From: Balanoglossus misakiensis
Taxonomy: Eukaryota; Animalia; Hemichordata
Assembly (NCBI GenBank): GCA_040954595.2
Contig: CM082577.2
Span: 17,766,203-17,830,202 of the forward strand
Length of the DNA: 64,000 nucleotides
Reading direction: 5' to 3'
Part shown: in pieces, positions 23,979 to 37,282 of the stretch
Layout of the letters: every line of letters begins with the position of its first letter
Numbering within the stretch: the first letter of the stretch is position 1
The notes under the pieces: generated by a model
Database searches by the model: none
The model's input: the letters and a program-made list of their open reading frames with translations, nothing else
What the model was told of the DNA's origin: nothing
Position numbers and translations under genes: made by a program

Positions 23979-24126
23979 CATATTGTTTGTTCGATCAATA
24001 GCTTCTATTGGATGATTCAAACTTGGTTTGCCAAGATATACATCTTCTGTATGCTGGTATTGGCGCAAAAGTTTTAATAACTGCACTATATTTACATAAT
24101 TATCATCGTCTACATGACAAAACCAC
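23979..24126 (-). CDS. fng: Fringe exon 5 (DxD motif)
   Basis: gatag|G..ATG|gtaagt; (R)[49 protein letters not shown]. Confidence 0.95.
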
Positions 24127-25134
24127 CTATCAGAAAGAAACAAAATGTTCCAGAGTTACAAACAACTAAAATGAAAGATGGGTTTGCGAAATCTCGTCTA
24201 AACTTCACTGAGTATTTGGTACAGCGAATAGAAGAGAAATATCCTGCTGAATGCACTGACAGCCAGTTGGTGGGTTACTCGCTGCGGAACGAGTGTCGAC
24301 AGATGAAATTCACTTTACGTGCACACAGCCACCCTAATTTCACTGAGTAATCATGTCATTTACTTATTCAATAGTACGCAGAAATGTTTCCTGCATTTGG
24401 AAAATTGGCATGTATTGATCCCTGTGTCAGTCTTCTGCACCATGTGAAGGTGGTTTCAGCTGTTTATTAGAACTGGCTCAAAGCGGCAAGGCGTAGAAGA
24501 TTGTCTGATGACAATGTTGATAATTTGGTGTTGCTGTCAATGCTAATTTGCATATTTTTGGCAATGCCACACCCCTTTTTTTCAGCTATCTATTCAAAGA
24601 GTACAAAAGTAAACTACCGTGGTACCCGCACATGGCTATTGGAAACTCCTCATAGACCAGAAATGGTGCTGTTTTTAAACTAAGATTGAGGTGAAGTTTG
24701 ACGAACGTTTCAATTGAAAATATGCTAAATGTAGCGGCTATTGGGGCTCTAATAAATGTATTTTTATTACAGTTGTTTCATAACATAAAATCACTAAAAA
24801 AGTTGTTAGACCTGTTTAGAATACCATTTGGTTATAATGTATGTTTTGAATGAATGTTTTACATTGTATTACAACAGTCAGTACCTAATGGATGTAAAGC
24901 ATAGTATTCAAACTAACATAAAAACATGTTCTAATAATCCTATTCATTTAAGGTAATGAAATAAGCAGATGCAAGAACATTTAATACTCATAGTAGTAAG
25001 AAAACCTGAAAGACAAACTTATGACAAAAGGTAACTTTATACTGGTATACTTCAATTGACATGTCTATAAAACGCTTTCAACTAATACACATACTTATTT
25101 GTTGGTTGAAATGTGAAAATTGTTTTATATTTAC

Positions 25135-25194
25135 CTTTTGTTAGATTGTAAAAATATATCATACATCATTGACATCTTACAACAAAGGGCCTGC
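25135..25194 (-). CDS. fng: Fringe exon 4
   Basis: ttacag|G..AAAAG|gtaaat; (R)QALCCKMSMMYDIFLQSNK. Confidence 0.92.
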
Positions 25195-25348
25195 CTGTAA
25201 TGAATCAAAAGAAGAAAATATGTTAGTCCATGAGCTGGTGGGGGTTTACGTCCACCCCCGGGGGTGGCTATTATGGAGACAACATTGTTCTCAGTAGTAA
25301 TTGTATATTGAGTAAAATGCCATCTTGGCTTTGGGTTGTTTTGAATTA

Positions 25349-25457
25349 AGCTTAATCAGAAAATAGTTTTTTTATTTGTATTGTATGTACCATACAATAC
25401 AAATAAAAAAAATATTTACCATACAATACAAATAAAAAAATATTTTCTGATTAAGCT
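25349..25457. repeat. Short AT-rich palindrome with internal ~28-bp tandem duplication
   Basis: agcttaatcagaaaata..ttatttgtattgtatg / catacaatacaaataa (x2)..tattttctgattaagct. Confidence 0.7.
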
Positions 25458-26188
25458 AGGTTCCACAAGGTTTACAATGAAAACACTCTAGGTATACATG
25501 TAGATACATACTGTTTTTACAGGTAGGTGGATGATTTGGCTTTGACATGCCAATGCCTGTTTCATTGTTATTACAGCCAAACAGTCTGCATTGGAGGATT
25601 GTTAGCAGAATTAAGGTACAGCTGTACTGAATTTTAGAGAGAAAGGTTACAATGCCCAACTTTAGGGATATCCATTCGCGGTTCTGTTGAAGAGCGATAC
25701 GTCAAACCCCCAAAATCATCACCTAAATATGAGGAACCATTTTGACCAGACTCTTATCATGCATAAAGATTAAACTTTGAGACATCATGCATTAAAGCAA
25801 GTTGATCATTGCTTCGAAAAAATACATCCTTATGTAAGAAGAGGCCACCTTATGATGTGCAATGCAGTATAGCCTTTGATAGTCAGACCTTCTCACTGTT
25901 TGAATGACATTTCCTTTTTCACGCTTACTCTCAGCTTATTCTGATTTATCCAATCCCTGTGTGCAAATTTTCACTTACTGTCACACTTGTTCCATTCAAA
26001 CTGACTGTGAAATGTGTTGATCAACTAAACTGTGAGAGTAGTGGATATTTTCAAAGTGTAGCAGTGACAATGAAAGTGTAGCGTAGCAGGGCCTAATAGT
26101 GCCTGGAAAGAACACTGGTCTTTACAGTGCATACAACTATATGAGTTGTCCTCTTGTATGTCTTGTCAAAGCACTGTAATACACTTAC

Positions 26189-26231
26189 CTTGTATGTTGT
26201 GAGGAGCAATTGGTATTAATCAAATGTCCAT
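26189..26231 (-). CDS. fng: Fringe exon 3
   Basis: ttgcag|AT..ACAAG|gtaagt; (Y)GHLINTNCSSQHT(R). Confidence 0.92.
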
Positions 26232-26532
26232 CTGCAAATACAAATAATCAGGTGTAAATGAGTATTTGTCCAAACTCAAGAAGGAGCCGATGTTGAAACT
26301 GGTTTGAAATCTATGGTTTGAAGTTCAACATTCCAAAGTAACTTGTGTGCTTTTATTTTGTCAATGATATCTGAGGGGATTATTGTCTTTTGGTGACAGC
26401 TACTACCAGCTAGAAAGCAGTGCTTTATAAGGTATATGTACTATCACTACCACTCAAGGCAAAATACATACTCTTTCAAAGCAATAGAATTACTAGATCG
26501 GCCCATCTGTTACCAGCCCAGATTATACTTAC

Positions 26533-26581
26533 AAAATTTATCTGAATACACAGGATCATCGCCATCTGTGAATACATAAGT
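26533..26581 (-). CDS. fng: Fringe exon 2 (49 bp)
   Basis: ttgcag|ACT..TTTT|gtaagt; TYVFTDGDDPVYSDKF. Confidence 0.92.
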
Positions 26582-26801
26582 CTGCAAATGAAAAAGAAAA
26601 ATCCAAGTTAAACATATCTGGCCCAAGTGTACATTAAAATATAAGCAAATTATAAATATGTATCATGAAGAGAAAAATCATTTTCAACGACATAAAGCTC
26701 AATTAGATTTAAAAAGCATTTGAGGAAATCATTGGAATGAAATCAATCAAGGCATTTCAGCAAAATACTAGTGCTGGAAACATTTCTAAAAAAAGTATTA
26801 A

Positions 26802-27299
26802 AGCCCCATGAGCCGCAATTTTTGAGAAATTATCCTGAAAATCTATTTTCAATTGTGTAGTGTGCTAATATTAGTCCATAAAGAGGTATGCACTGAAGTA
26901 AATACAAGCATTATAAACCCTATGTAAGTACGAGTACACATGCTGGATAAATAATAAAAGCTGAGAAAATGCAAAATACAATGGAAACTTTGCATTTCCC
27001 ACTTTGAAACTTCATAAACATTTAGCAAGATCTCATCCACTAGAACACATAAAAGTAAATGTACTCCACTGAGACATACGTTTTACATTTTCATTTTTCA
27101 TTGCAATATTTCCCGTTTTTTAATAAATTGTGGGAATTTTCAACTGTACTGATATTTCTTTAATTTTCTGGCCATTTTGTCATATATAAGTGTTTTCTTG
27201 AAATACTATCAGGCAATAAAATTTAATTGAGGGAATTGAAACCATATCCGATATTATTTAAAGCTTAACATTTTTTATCAAGTTGCAGCTCATGGGGTT
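26802..27299. mobile_element. TTAA-flanked Kolobok-like MITE
   Basis: TTAA|AGCCCCATGAGCCGCAA...TTGCAGCTCATGGGGTT|TTAA; isolated terminal fragments at ~17168-17190 and ~5036-5056. Confidence 0.7.
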
Positions 27300-29223
27300 T
27301 TAACATAGTCTATATGAATTATCACAAAACTCCTTTGACATGAACATGCCATATACTCTAAATACTTATGGGTTATTACACGAATTTTGGTTGATAACAC
27401 GTCGTATTCGAGTGATGTCACGAGAATGCGTCGCATTATCGACCAAAATCCGTGTAATAACCCCTTTATCATACATGCCTACCTATAAAACAGTACGATT
27501 TGCGAAAATGCGCCGAGAAAAACAATTTCACGGCCAGAAATTTGAACCGGGCACACTGGGATCACGGCAGTAGCCCATAGCCAAGTGAGACAGGACGATG
27601 CGAACAGGTGATCAACATGTAGGCCGTAGTATTATTCTAAGGGCGTTGGCAGGATATGCTAATTTGCATAAATTTGCATAACATATGGCATTCAAGCGGG
27701 GTTCGAGCGACACTTTCAAAAACAGACATTGTCAATGTAAGTATGGCCGCGGTCACTGAGGTTAGAGGTCAACTAATCGTGCCCTGGCTCCTGATTCCAA
27801 AAGAATCAGTTTGAGTAACTACTAAATAACAACAAAGAAATACAAGAGTTACATTTACAAGTGATTGTAGGCGTCATCGTCAACAACGGTCCACATTCAA
27901 ATGAAAGTAAACCGTATTTATGGTTTACCCGCTGAAATTCAATATTTACGTCACTGAGGCTCTCGACCAATCAGGAGCCAGGGCACGATTGAAACCTCCA
28001 CATTTCGAGCAGTTTGCCTTTAAATTGAGCTTTTTTTTGCTATGGATCACAAAACATATACTTGTTAGCTTCTACCCGCCGCATTTCGGTAAGTTTTAAT
28101 GAAATTTTCGCAGCGAAATCGCCGCTTGAACATTGTGATCTCGTCAGTATCCTGGCCTGTCCTGGCCTGGCGTTGCGTACCTTCTCTCTCTATATACGGT
28201 TACTGCAGCCCCATCGCGACCATTGCAAAGCGATTGTTTTAAGTACCTGTGTCTAGATCAGACTCGACTGCACGCTCGGGAGACGTAAACAAATATGGCG
28301 GCCACCATGTACCAGCCGACCCAACGACGGCACGATCTATTTCACGCGCAGTTTACTAGCGAAAACTTTACACCACGGGCCGCAATGCAGCATGTCCATC
28401 TTAAACTTTGTGTAAATTTTTACTTTCAATTTTACTGGGGACCGAATCTTAAGAAACGAACGAAAATTACGCCCAAATGGTTTTCTGAGCGAAAACCGCT
28501 TGACCCTGCCCCGTTCAGTGAGTTGTCGGTACCTTCCAGTTTGCTATGGGAGGGGAAAGTACATCAGCTGAACTTGATCTCCGTTTCACACCTCCAGTCA
28601 GTCTCTAAAGAGCTGTGAACGTGTGAATGTCGACCTAAACCATACAAAACGATTGCAATGTTTGTTTCATTGTTTTATTTTACAACAAAAGACATTCATT
28701 TGTGAAAAAGCAACACAGGCGTGAATAGGGCAATTCTTTTTACAATAGAATATCAGATAGCATATCGGCCTGATTGATAGCATATCGGGCAAAATTATAG
28801 GATATCGGCCCCGATATGCCAAAACCCTCTGGGGAGAACACTGGGCATATCCGCATTCTAAAAATTAGCGTCCAGGACACTTGGTGCTCTCTCAGTGTGT
28901 AGTGGATGATGAGCAACATATTTGGAGAACAGTGGTTTGGTATATGGGTGAAAGGAACAATTTGCAAACACCAAGGTGAAATGCTGAACTGTTTTGCTCA
29001 TGTAATATTGAATGCAGCCTGATAAGGTGGGTGCTTGGCAGGGGGAAAAACCACATGTCAAGGGCTCTAATAACTGTTTTAAATGGCCCGCACACACAAA
29101 TGGCCTCACACAAATATATTGTCATTTCCCTCTCAGATTTTGTATCTTATGTTATACTGATGGAATTCATTGTGTATTGTACATCAAATTGCACCAGTGC
29201 AAGCTATGAGAAATGGGTTTTGA

Positions 29224-29760
29224 AAAAAATCGCGTCAAGGACACGGTGGTCCCATTGAGGGATTACACAAGAAAAAGTCTACACCGGAGTACATGGCCAT
29301 ATACAGACAGACAGACACACACACACACACACGTAGAGAGAGATCAATGGGCAAACACTGACTGACCCATAAGCTGCCAATGGCATATTTACTGTACATA
29401 CACTAAATAGAACACCTGGCCTCTTTAAAACTTAGCCAGTTATGTAATCATCCAGGAATTTGCTGTGTATATAAATATCACAGGAGGGGTTTCTGCCTAA
29501 TTAAAACAACTCAATAAAGTAAATACACACTACTTTGCAAGGCAATCTGACGAGTAGTTCTTGAGTTACTGAGTTTTGCCCAAATTCACATTTTTCCAGC
29601 TAATTTGCATATTTTTGGCAATGACAACTTCATTTGAACAAACACCCATCTACAGCCCAGCCTGCATCTGCACACCAAATATCAAGGTGATACACGCAGC
29701 GGTTTTCCATCCATCCATCCATCCATCCATCCATCCATCTGCAACCGATCCCAGCGAAAA
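29224..29760 (-). mobile_element. DINE-1/HINE-like element, copy B (one end incomplete)
   Basis: Close copy of 8829-9310 including the (CA)n tract; ends in (CATC)n. Confidence 0.75.
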
Positions 29761-30044
29761 CACTGCTGGCTAATCCGTTCCGATTTCTGTCACTGTTCCA
29801 ATTCTTCCTCAACACCTCAAAGCTACACACCACCACCAAAAACATAAAGCTACACACCCCTACCAGAAAATGGTATGCATTCTTGACAGGTTGACGGATG
29901 GAAGTTGACACCGGAACTTTGGAAGTAGCTGATTCCCAATTCCGAAGTCTCCCTGTGTAAACACTTCGGAGCCAATAAAATTGTCTACGGTCTCTTTCAA
30001 AATATCATGTTAACAATTATTTCGAGTGAGAATTCCGAAGAAGT

Positions 30045-31813
30045 AAAAATAGCGTCAAGGACACTGTGGTCCCATTTGAGGACATAGCACATAGCAACAA
30101 GGCAATAAGCATATCTGCCCTGGATGCAAAGATATGGAAAAGTAGGTCAAAGGTCACCTGAGGGCATGCAAAATTTGGGCAAGAAATTTTGACCCTATAC
30201 TGGTCCATGTTCAACAAAAACCAAACCTATAGCCCTATTGGTTAGCCTGGAATTAGGTATGCACATAATTAATGAGATATGCAGGTGTCACAGGTGAACC
30301 CCAATTTTGGCTTTTCAATTTTAGTCCCAACCCTCCAAATGCGAAGTCTGTACCTGCTCTGGATGCCAAGATATGATAAAGTAGGTCAAAGGTCACCTGA
30401 GGGCATGCAAAATTTGGGCAAGAAATTTTGACCCTATACTGGTCCATGTTCAACAAAAACCAAACCTATAGCCCAATTGGTTAGCCTGGAATTAGGTATG
30501 CACATAATTAATGAGATATGCAGGTGTCACAGGTGAACCCCAATTTTGGCTTTTCAATTTTAGTCCCAACCCTCCAAATGCGAAGTCTGTACCTGCTCTG
30601 GATGCCAAGATATGATAAAGTAGGTCAAAGGTCACCTGAGGTCATGCAAAATTTGGGCAAGAAATTTTGACCTTATACTGGTCCATGTTCAACAAAAACC
30701 AAACCTAAAGCCTTATTGGTTAGCCTGGAATTAGGTATGCACATAATTAATGAGATATGCAGGTGTCACAGGTGACTCCCAATTTTGGCTTTTCAATTTT
30801 AGTCCCAACCCTCCAAACGCCAAGTCTGTACCTGCTCTGGATGCCAAGATATGGAAAAGTATGTCAAAGGTCACCTGAGGTCATGCAAAATTTGGGCAAG
30901 AAATTTTGACCCTATACTGGTCCATGTTCAACAAAAACCAAACCTATAGCCCTATTGGTTAGCCCGGAATTAGGTATGCACATAATTAATGAGATATGCA
31001 GGTGTCACAGGTGACCCATATTTTGGCTTTTCAATTTTAGTCCCAACCCTCCAAACGCCAAGTCTGTACCTGCTCTAGATGCCGAGATATAGGAAAGTAG
31101 GTCAAAGGTCACCTGAGGTCACCCAAAATTTTGGCAAGAAATTTTGACCCTATACTGGTCCATGTCCCACAAGAACGAAACCTCTAGCCCTATTAGTTAG
31201 CCTGGAATTAGGTATGCACATAATTAATGTGTTAAGCAGGTGTTACAGGTGAGCCCAAAAATTTGCCTTTTATTTTGGCCCCATTGTGCTCACTGACCAA
31301 TAGACAGTCACTGTACAGGACTATTGCACAGACCAGAATTCCACAATAAGACGTGGACATAGCTTAACCATAGAGGTATAAGTAAAGGTATAAATTTAAT
31401 AAAAAGACTAAAAAATTCATAAAAAATAAAACATCCATGATATCAACTTAACACTTACAGGTCGGTGTGAGGTTGACATAAGGTACATGCATACCAACTT
31501 TCAAAGCAATCTGACCAGTAATTGTTGACTTACAGAGTTTTGATAAATTTCACATTTTACAAGCTAATTTGCATATTTTTAGGCCTGGCAACTTCGTTTG
31601 GACAAACTCCCATCTACAGCCCTGCCTGCACCTACACACCAAATATTGAGGTGATACGCGCAGCGGTTTTCAAGTTTTTGATGTGGACGGACATACAGAC
31701 ATACATCCATACATCCATCCATCCATCCATCCATCCATCCATACATACATACAGACGCAACCCATCCCATAAGGTCCCATGGTATATAGGCCTATACCAA
31801 TGGGACCTAAAAA
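30045..31813 (-). mobile_element. DINE-1/HINE-like element, copy C, with internal tandem array
   Basis: Same termini as copy A (GCGTCAAGGACAC..GGTCCCATT and AGGTCCCATGGTATA..TATACCAATGGGACCTAAAAA) but a different core. Confidence 0.75.
30110..31280. repeat. 239-bp tandem repeat, about 4.9 copies
   Basis: Anchor (g/a)gatgc.aagatat recurs at 30122, 30361, 30600, 30839 and 31077. Confidence 0.93.
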
Positions 31814-32221
31814 TGATACATTCAACATGACAAAATTGCCAGCTTTGAAAACTTTTTTACAGCATTTAATTACCGAACTTCAGGAACGCAATAGCTTTTT
31901 ATGTTTCAAAAGAGAAAACAAAGGCAGCAACATTTGGTATTAAACATCAGGACATAAAAACGTGAGTGGAACAATTTTACTGCACTTTACTTGCACTGAT
32001 TATAGGACACCTGTGCGCCTACTTGAAAGTAATTAGTAAGGGGAGAATATAAACAAATTTGGAGTGTAAGAAGAGAAAGAGAAAATGTTTAAGATCTTCT
32101 GACAAAGTTGCGCTTCTTTTCAGTATATGTATATGACTAGTACTATGATTTTGATTGATCTGACAAACCAAAGATGTTATAAGGAGTTCTCTGCTGGCAA
32201 CCTTTTGATTGTGGGAAGGTA

Positions 32222-32415
32222 ATGTAAAACCCTTTATTTTCGCGAGCAATTAATTTTCGCAAAAATTAGCGTGAAAATAAAAAGTCACGTAAATTGTTTT
32301 TGAAGATAACGATGCAGTGAATGAGATAAGAGAACGCGAAAATTAATACTCGCGAAACAGTGGCCTCTATCGATATCGCGAAAATTTTGACTTGCGAAAA
32401 TAAAGTGCTTTACAG
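32222..32415. mobile_element. Short TA-inserting MITE (mariner-like); related copy at 42379-42587
   Basis: TA|(c/a)TGTAAA..TATTTTCGC...GCGAAAATAA..TTTACAG|TA. Confidence 0.7.
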
Positions 32416-35400
32416 TATTAAATTTAATCCTGGTTCCATACAAGTACAAAATCTATATTTTAATGCTCTCTTAAAGTGTCTGTGACATGCCCTATACAAC
32501 CACGCGTAAAATCACTCTGGGTCTTGAAGTTAACGTATGTTACTATCTGGCATTGTGTATCGCCCTCTGTGCTTAGATAACAGGCAAGTAAATGTGGCGA
32601 GTGGGCGTGTACTCCTAACCCAACTCAGTCGATTTTTTTCAGCTTTTCAAAGTTCAGCCGTTAACTTACTAGTATCTTGATGTGGACAAATAGTCTCTCA
32701 CACCTTCTAAATCCTCTTATCAAGGGTTTCCTTTGCTTTGAACACTGTTTATGTAGCTGGGTTTGTCTGTGGACTTAATTATGCATGGACCGCTAATTAC
32801 ACTTTACTATCAGCAGAGTGGTACACTAGAACCTAGTGTACTTGTTTGTCCAGATAAAAATACCTTCGCCTGGCTGGAGTGCGAAGTGGCTCCCTGATCA
32901 CAGGCATGAAAAAAGGTGGCAAATTCCGGCACACAATAGGCAATGCATAGACAGGTACCCTAGGTGAGCTTTTGACGGGGGAAAATGAAAACTTTAAAAC
33001 ATGACACTATTGATGCTGTGTGTTTGAGAATGGGAAAAATTGATGAATTAACACTCCATCTGTAGTTTGCAGAATGTATGTTGAATATTTGCACCTGTTT
33101 TGACAAGTGGCATCTCAAAAGTGCCACTGGGCAAATTGTAACAGCTGACAGGAAATAGTGTAAGTTGATCCCTGTCATTTGATGCATTTCTACTCCAGTA
33201 ACCATTATTCAATAAAACTTCCAACTTTCATCATTTACCGCTTGTGTCACTGCATGGATTATCGCAAGAGTGTGGCTAAAAAAATGTGACTACATCATAC
33301 TTAAACTACACAAGCAGAAAAATTCCTAGCGCTAACACTGCTACATGTAGTAATAAATTTCCCTGTCAGATAACTCAGATTTTTAACATTCAGTGATTCA
33401 GTGAAGTAAATGTCCAGAGATTATTAGTGCAAATAAATATACTTGTGCATGCCACCAGAACTCCACTGCTGGTTTCAACTGTTTTGTGTACCATGCATGG
33501 TGCTCAGCAGGTTTGCATCATGGAATGTTTGTGCAAAGCCACTTTGTATTCAACACAACTCTACATGCATGACACACATAGGGACTGTTTCTCAGCTGGG
33601 TTTCCTCATGCACTGTTTATGGTTTTGACCATTTTAGAACAAATTAGCAGCCCTGCTCGGCTCTGCTCATTAATTAGAGTAATGGAGTCAAGGCTTGAAA
33701 AGATATTAAATCAACAAAATGAGGTCAGGACAATTCTCTTGAGAAGGTAGGAATCATTGATTCTGATACACACCACACTTCACATGCTCCAATATGCTGT
33801 ATCTATACAGTTTTGGGGACAAACTGAATGTATTTTGAATAAACAACTGCACAATAACAGTGTTTACTGAAACGTAAGTCCACGAAAGTTGTGGTTTAAA
33901 TCTGATTCATTTCATGTACTGAAACACACACACACACACACAAATAGTATACACGCAAAAAAAATACATGCGCACACAATATAAGTTTTAATACTCAGAA
34001 ATATATGTGAATGATTATATCGCATAGGTGATGATTTGAGTACTACTGCAATATGTAGGTCGCACTGCTCAAAGAAGTATTCAGACACATCGTCAGTGTA
34101 TGCAGTAGGTACAGTACTGTATGAATAGGACATATCAAATCAGAAATATGGGATGGGGCAGACACAGTTCACAGAATTCACTGGATACACAAGCACCACT
34201 TGTTCTGCTGTAATATGGCCTCTGACCTCTGCTGGAAAAGATATTCAAAAGAACAAGCCTTGCCTATAACAGAGACATCCATTCATATCATTAAGCCTTG
34301 AGAGGCAAGGACAGTGGAATGGATTTTTGAGGCATAGTCACATCACACCTATTCCTTGCGTAGAAACCATATTTGTTTTTGTATGTAGGAGTATGCCAAC
34401 AATTCAATTGTTGTCAATGTTGTAATAGCAATAACCCCCGCCTCAGTCAATAGCACTAACACTCGCCTAACGGCTCATGCTACCCAAATCTCGTGTATTA
34501 CTCGCCCGCGGAAGGGGTTATTGCTGTACGTTCAGTAAAATTGAAAGTGGTGTCATTTCTTTTAATTGTGGGGTTTTGAATTCTCCTTTGTATGTATAAC
34601 AAAATGAAAATCCGCAACACAATAAAAGGGTCACCGCGCTTGTTTTTGAAATACAGAGCCATGAATTTAGTCGATAATAGAAGAAAGCTGCTGACTCAGC
34701 AATGGTTTGTCTACAGGCAAAAATTTTAACAAAATTTATCTCAAAATAGTGTGCAGTGACCATACAATTTTATTTGACCAATGAATTTATTTTTACTTGA
34801 TTGAGCTATGTGTAAAATTTCGTGAAAATAGTAGAAGTATGTTTTCTGGCTATTATCACTTTAATCCTATGGGAATGAGACACACGTGTGCTGTTATCAG
34901 TGTACATTCTGCTTGTACATCCTTGGTCTATACGGTATGCATGTATTTAACATAGTGATACTGGTACATGTACTTAAGGAAATCTTCCACATTGAAATGC
35001 AATGAATGTTGCCTACAAGACATCATGACACTGCAGGTCTCTCAACACAACGCAGACACCAATATCCAATCAAATTCTTTCTCATATCTCACAGCCAACG
35101 TCATGGTTTATTCATTGCTTTTCATTCAAACGTTCACAGATTTCAATGGCCAACCTCCAGTCCTTGGTATTCAATACACTAGCTACAGAAAACAGTTCCG
35201 ATGGGTATGCACTGTTATCATTTAATGTCACGTACAAGAATCATGCCTTAACGTACTAGTGCAAGTCCTAGTTCACAGCCTTCACATACACTTGTAGAGT
35301 AGTAACCGTGATTTTGTTAGACAGCAATTATTGTGGACATTGCCTGTGATTAATATATGGAGGAGAAACAAAACTAAAGTAAAATCAAAATATACTTATG

Positions 35401-36470
35401 TTGAATTCTTATGTTGAATGCTGTTTCAGTCCTGAAGTACCCTTGTGTTAGGCTAAGAACGCATGATATCGACCGTGTTTGATGTTCAATCACATATTAG
35501 ATAACTTGCCATTTATTCACTTATGGTGGAATTTGATTGGACAAATGATGCACTAGATGTCAGTCTATTTTTGCCGTTCAAAGTTAAATTATTGATGTTT
35601 ATTGCATAATTAGCAAAAGTTACGTTGACACTCAGACTGACATCACAGAATTTTGCATTTGTTGCTGCTTTTTCACAACTTCAGTTAACTACATACATCA
35701 ACTGATCAAGCGGTAAGTTACCACTAGTTTGGTGCCTATTTTTCCGGCCATCTGTCTGCTATCACAGAGCATGGAGGTACAGGTTCTCCTTCTGTACCTC
35801 CATGCATTATGGAGGTACAGAAGGTATTCAGGCATTCCAGTGTGTTTAATTTGTCAGTTGCTCACAGTAAAGTAAACTGATTCACTATAGACCAACCATG
35901 CCATACAACACTCACAGGTAAGGATCATGTAAATACTGAGAGGGTTGCACTCTATCATAATTTTCTATCAATATCCCATTTCTTTCTTCTGAAAAATTCC
36001 TGCTGCCATTGATATAACCCAGCAACTAGATCACTGTGATAACAATGGAATGCCAGGAATCTGACTGGAGGCAATTGCTAAAATAGTTTGATGGACATAT
36101 GACAAGTACATGTAATGTCACATTTTTGTCATCTTGCTCTCAAGCACGTTGCACTTTCTGAGCATAATCTCAACGACTTACACAGAGGAACACTGAATAT
36201 CATCAGAGATCTGTGCATACATGTACATGTATGCGTGCAAGGAATCACGAAAATAAAAATATGGGGCCAGGGGCATCAAAATCCCTTGGAAAAGAAGATT
36301 TTAAAAGCAAAGAAGAAGAAGAAGAAGACTTCTGCAGGTTTATTAACCCTAATGCTACTGGGTGTCAAACCTGTTTAGAGTGTCAAGTCCCTTAAGTTAA
36401 AATACGTATTTGCCACTTTTTCTTCTAAAACGTATTTTGAAATTCTTGACATGGCTCTCCTACGTACTTA

Positions 36471-37282
36471 GGGACCGTTCAGTTTTTACGGCTGGGGGGC
36501 GGCAAAATCCAGGGGGGGGGGGGGGGTCATTTAATTTTGAAGTCCAAAGGGGGGGGGGGGGTCATCTTTTTTTAAACGTTTGCCACCAAATTTTTGCTTT
36601 TGAGTCCACAAAATTGCAGTTTTGTGCCCTTTATTTTACAAAATGTTCTTATGTGGGACCCCCTCCCACACCCACCCCCTCCATTCTTCGCCACATATCA
36701 TTTATTCGCTGGTTTGTCTAGTGTACCAGGGCAGACTTCTGGCCACCCCACCCCAACGATGCTTACTTTGAGTGGAGTGGCAAAAGTAAAATTGGTCCTC
36801 CCCAAGATTGAGTTCATTTGCTTTTTAGTTCATTAAAATGCAACTTTGAGCACCGTATTTTACAATATTTTCTTATGTGGGAGGGGACACCCCTCCCACA
36901 CCCACCCCCGCCACTTTTCTTGTTTTACCAATTCTACCAACTATTGTATTGACTTGTCATTTTCATTTGTTCATAGATTTATTCATTGCAACGATATACT
37001 ATTATACCGGTATACTTCAATTACTTTAAGAAATTTATAATTGAGGTGTGAGGAGCCTCATTCCCTTTATTGCATACATGATACAGTGTACATAAGATCA
37101 GGACGGCGAATGTTTTCGGCGTGGGGGCGGGGGGTGTCATCATATTTTTGGGCCTGTCAAATGGGGAGGGGGTCATCATTTTTTGGTCCTGGGTGAAAGG
37201 GGGGTCAGCCTGATTTTGAAAACCGATGACACAAACTTGCCGCCCCCCCCCCCCCTCCCAGCCGTAAAAACTGAACGGTCTC
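36471..37282. mobile_element. PIF/Harbinger-like MITE (812 bp)
   Basis: TTA|GGGACCGTTCAGTTTTTACGGCTGGG...CCCAGCCGTAAAAACTGAACGGTCTC|TTA; 3-bp TTA TSD; G-tract-rich subtermini. Confidence 0.85.

Noticed and set aside
27775-27990. 22-bp inverted repeat AATCGTGCCCTGGCTCCTGATT bounding 216 bp
   Set aside because: Probably a MITE remnant, but no TSD or second copy was seen, so it was left unclassified.
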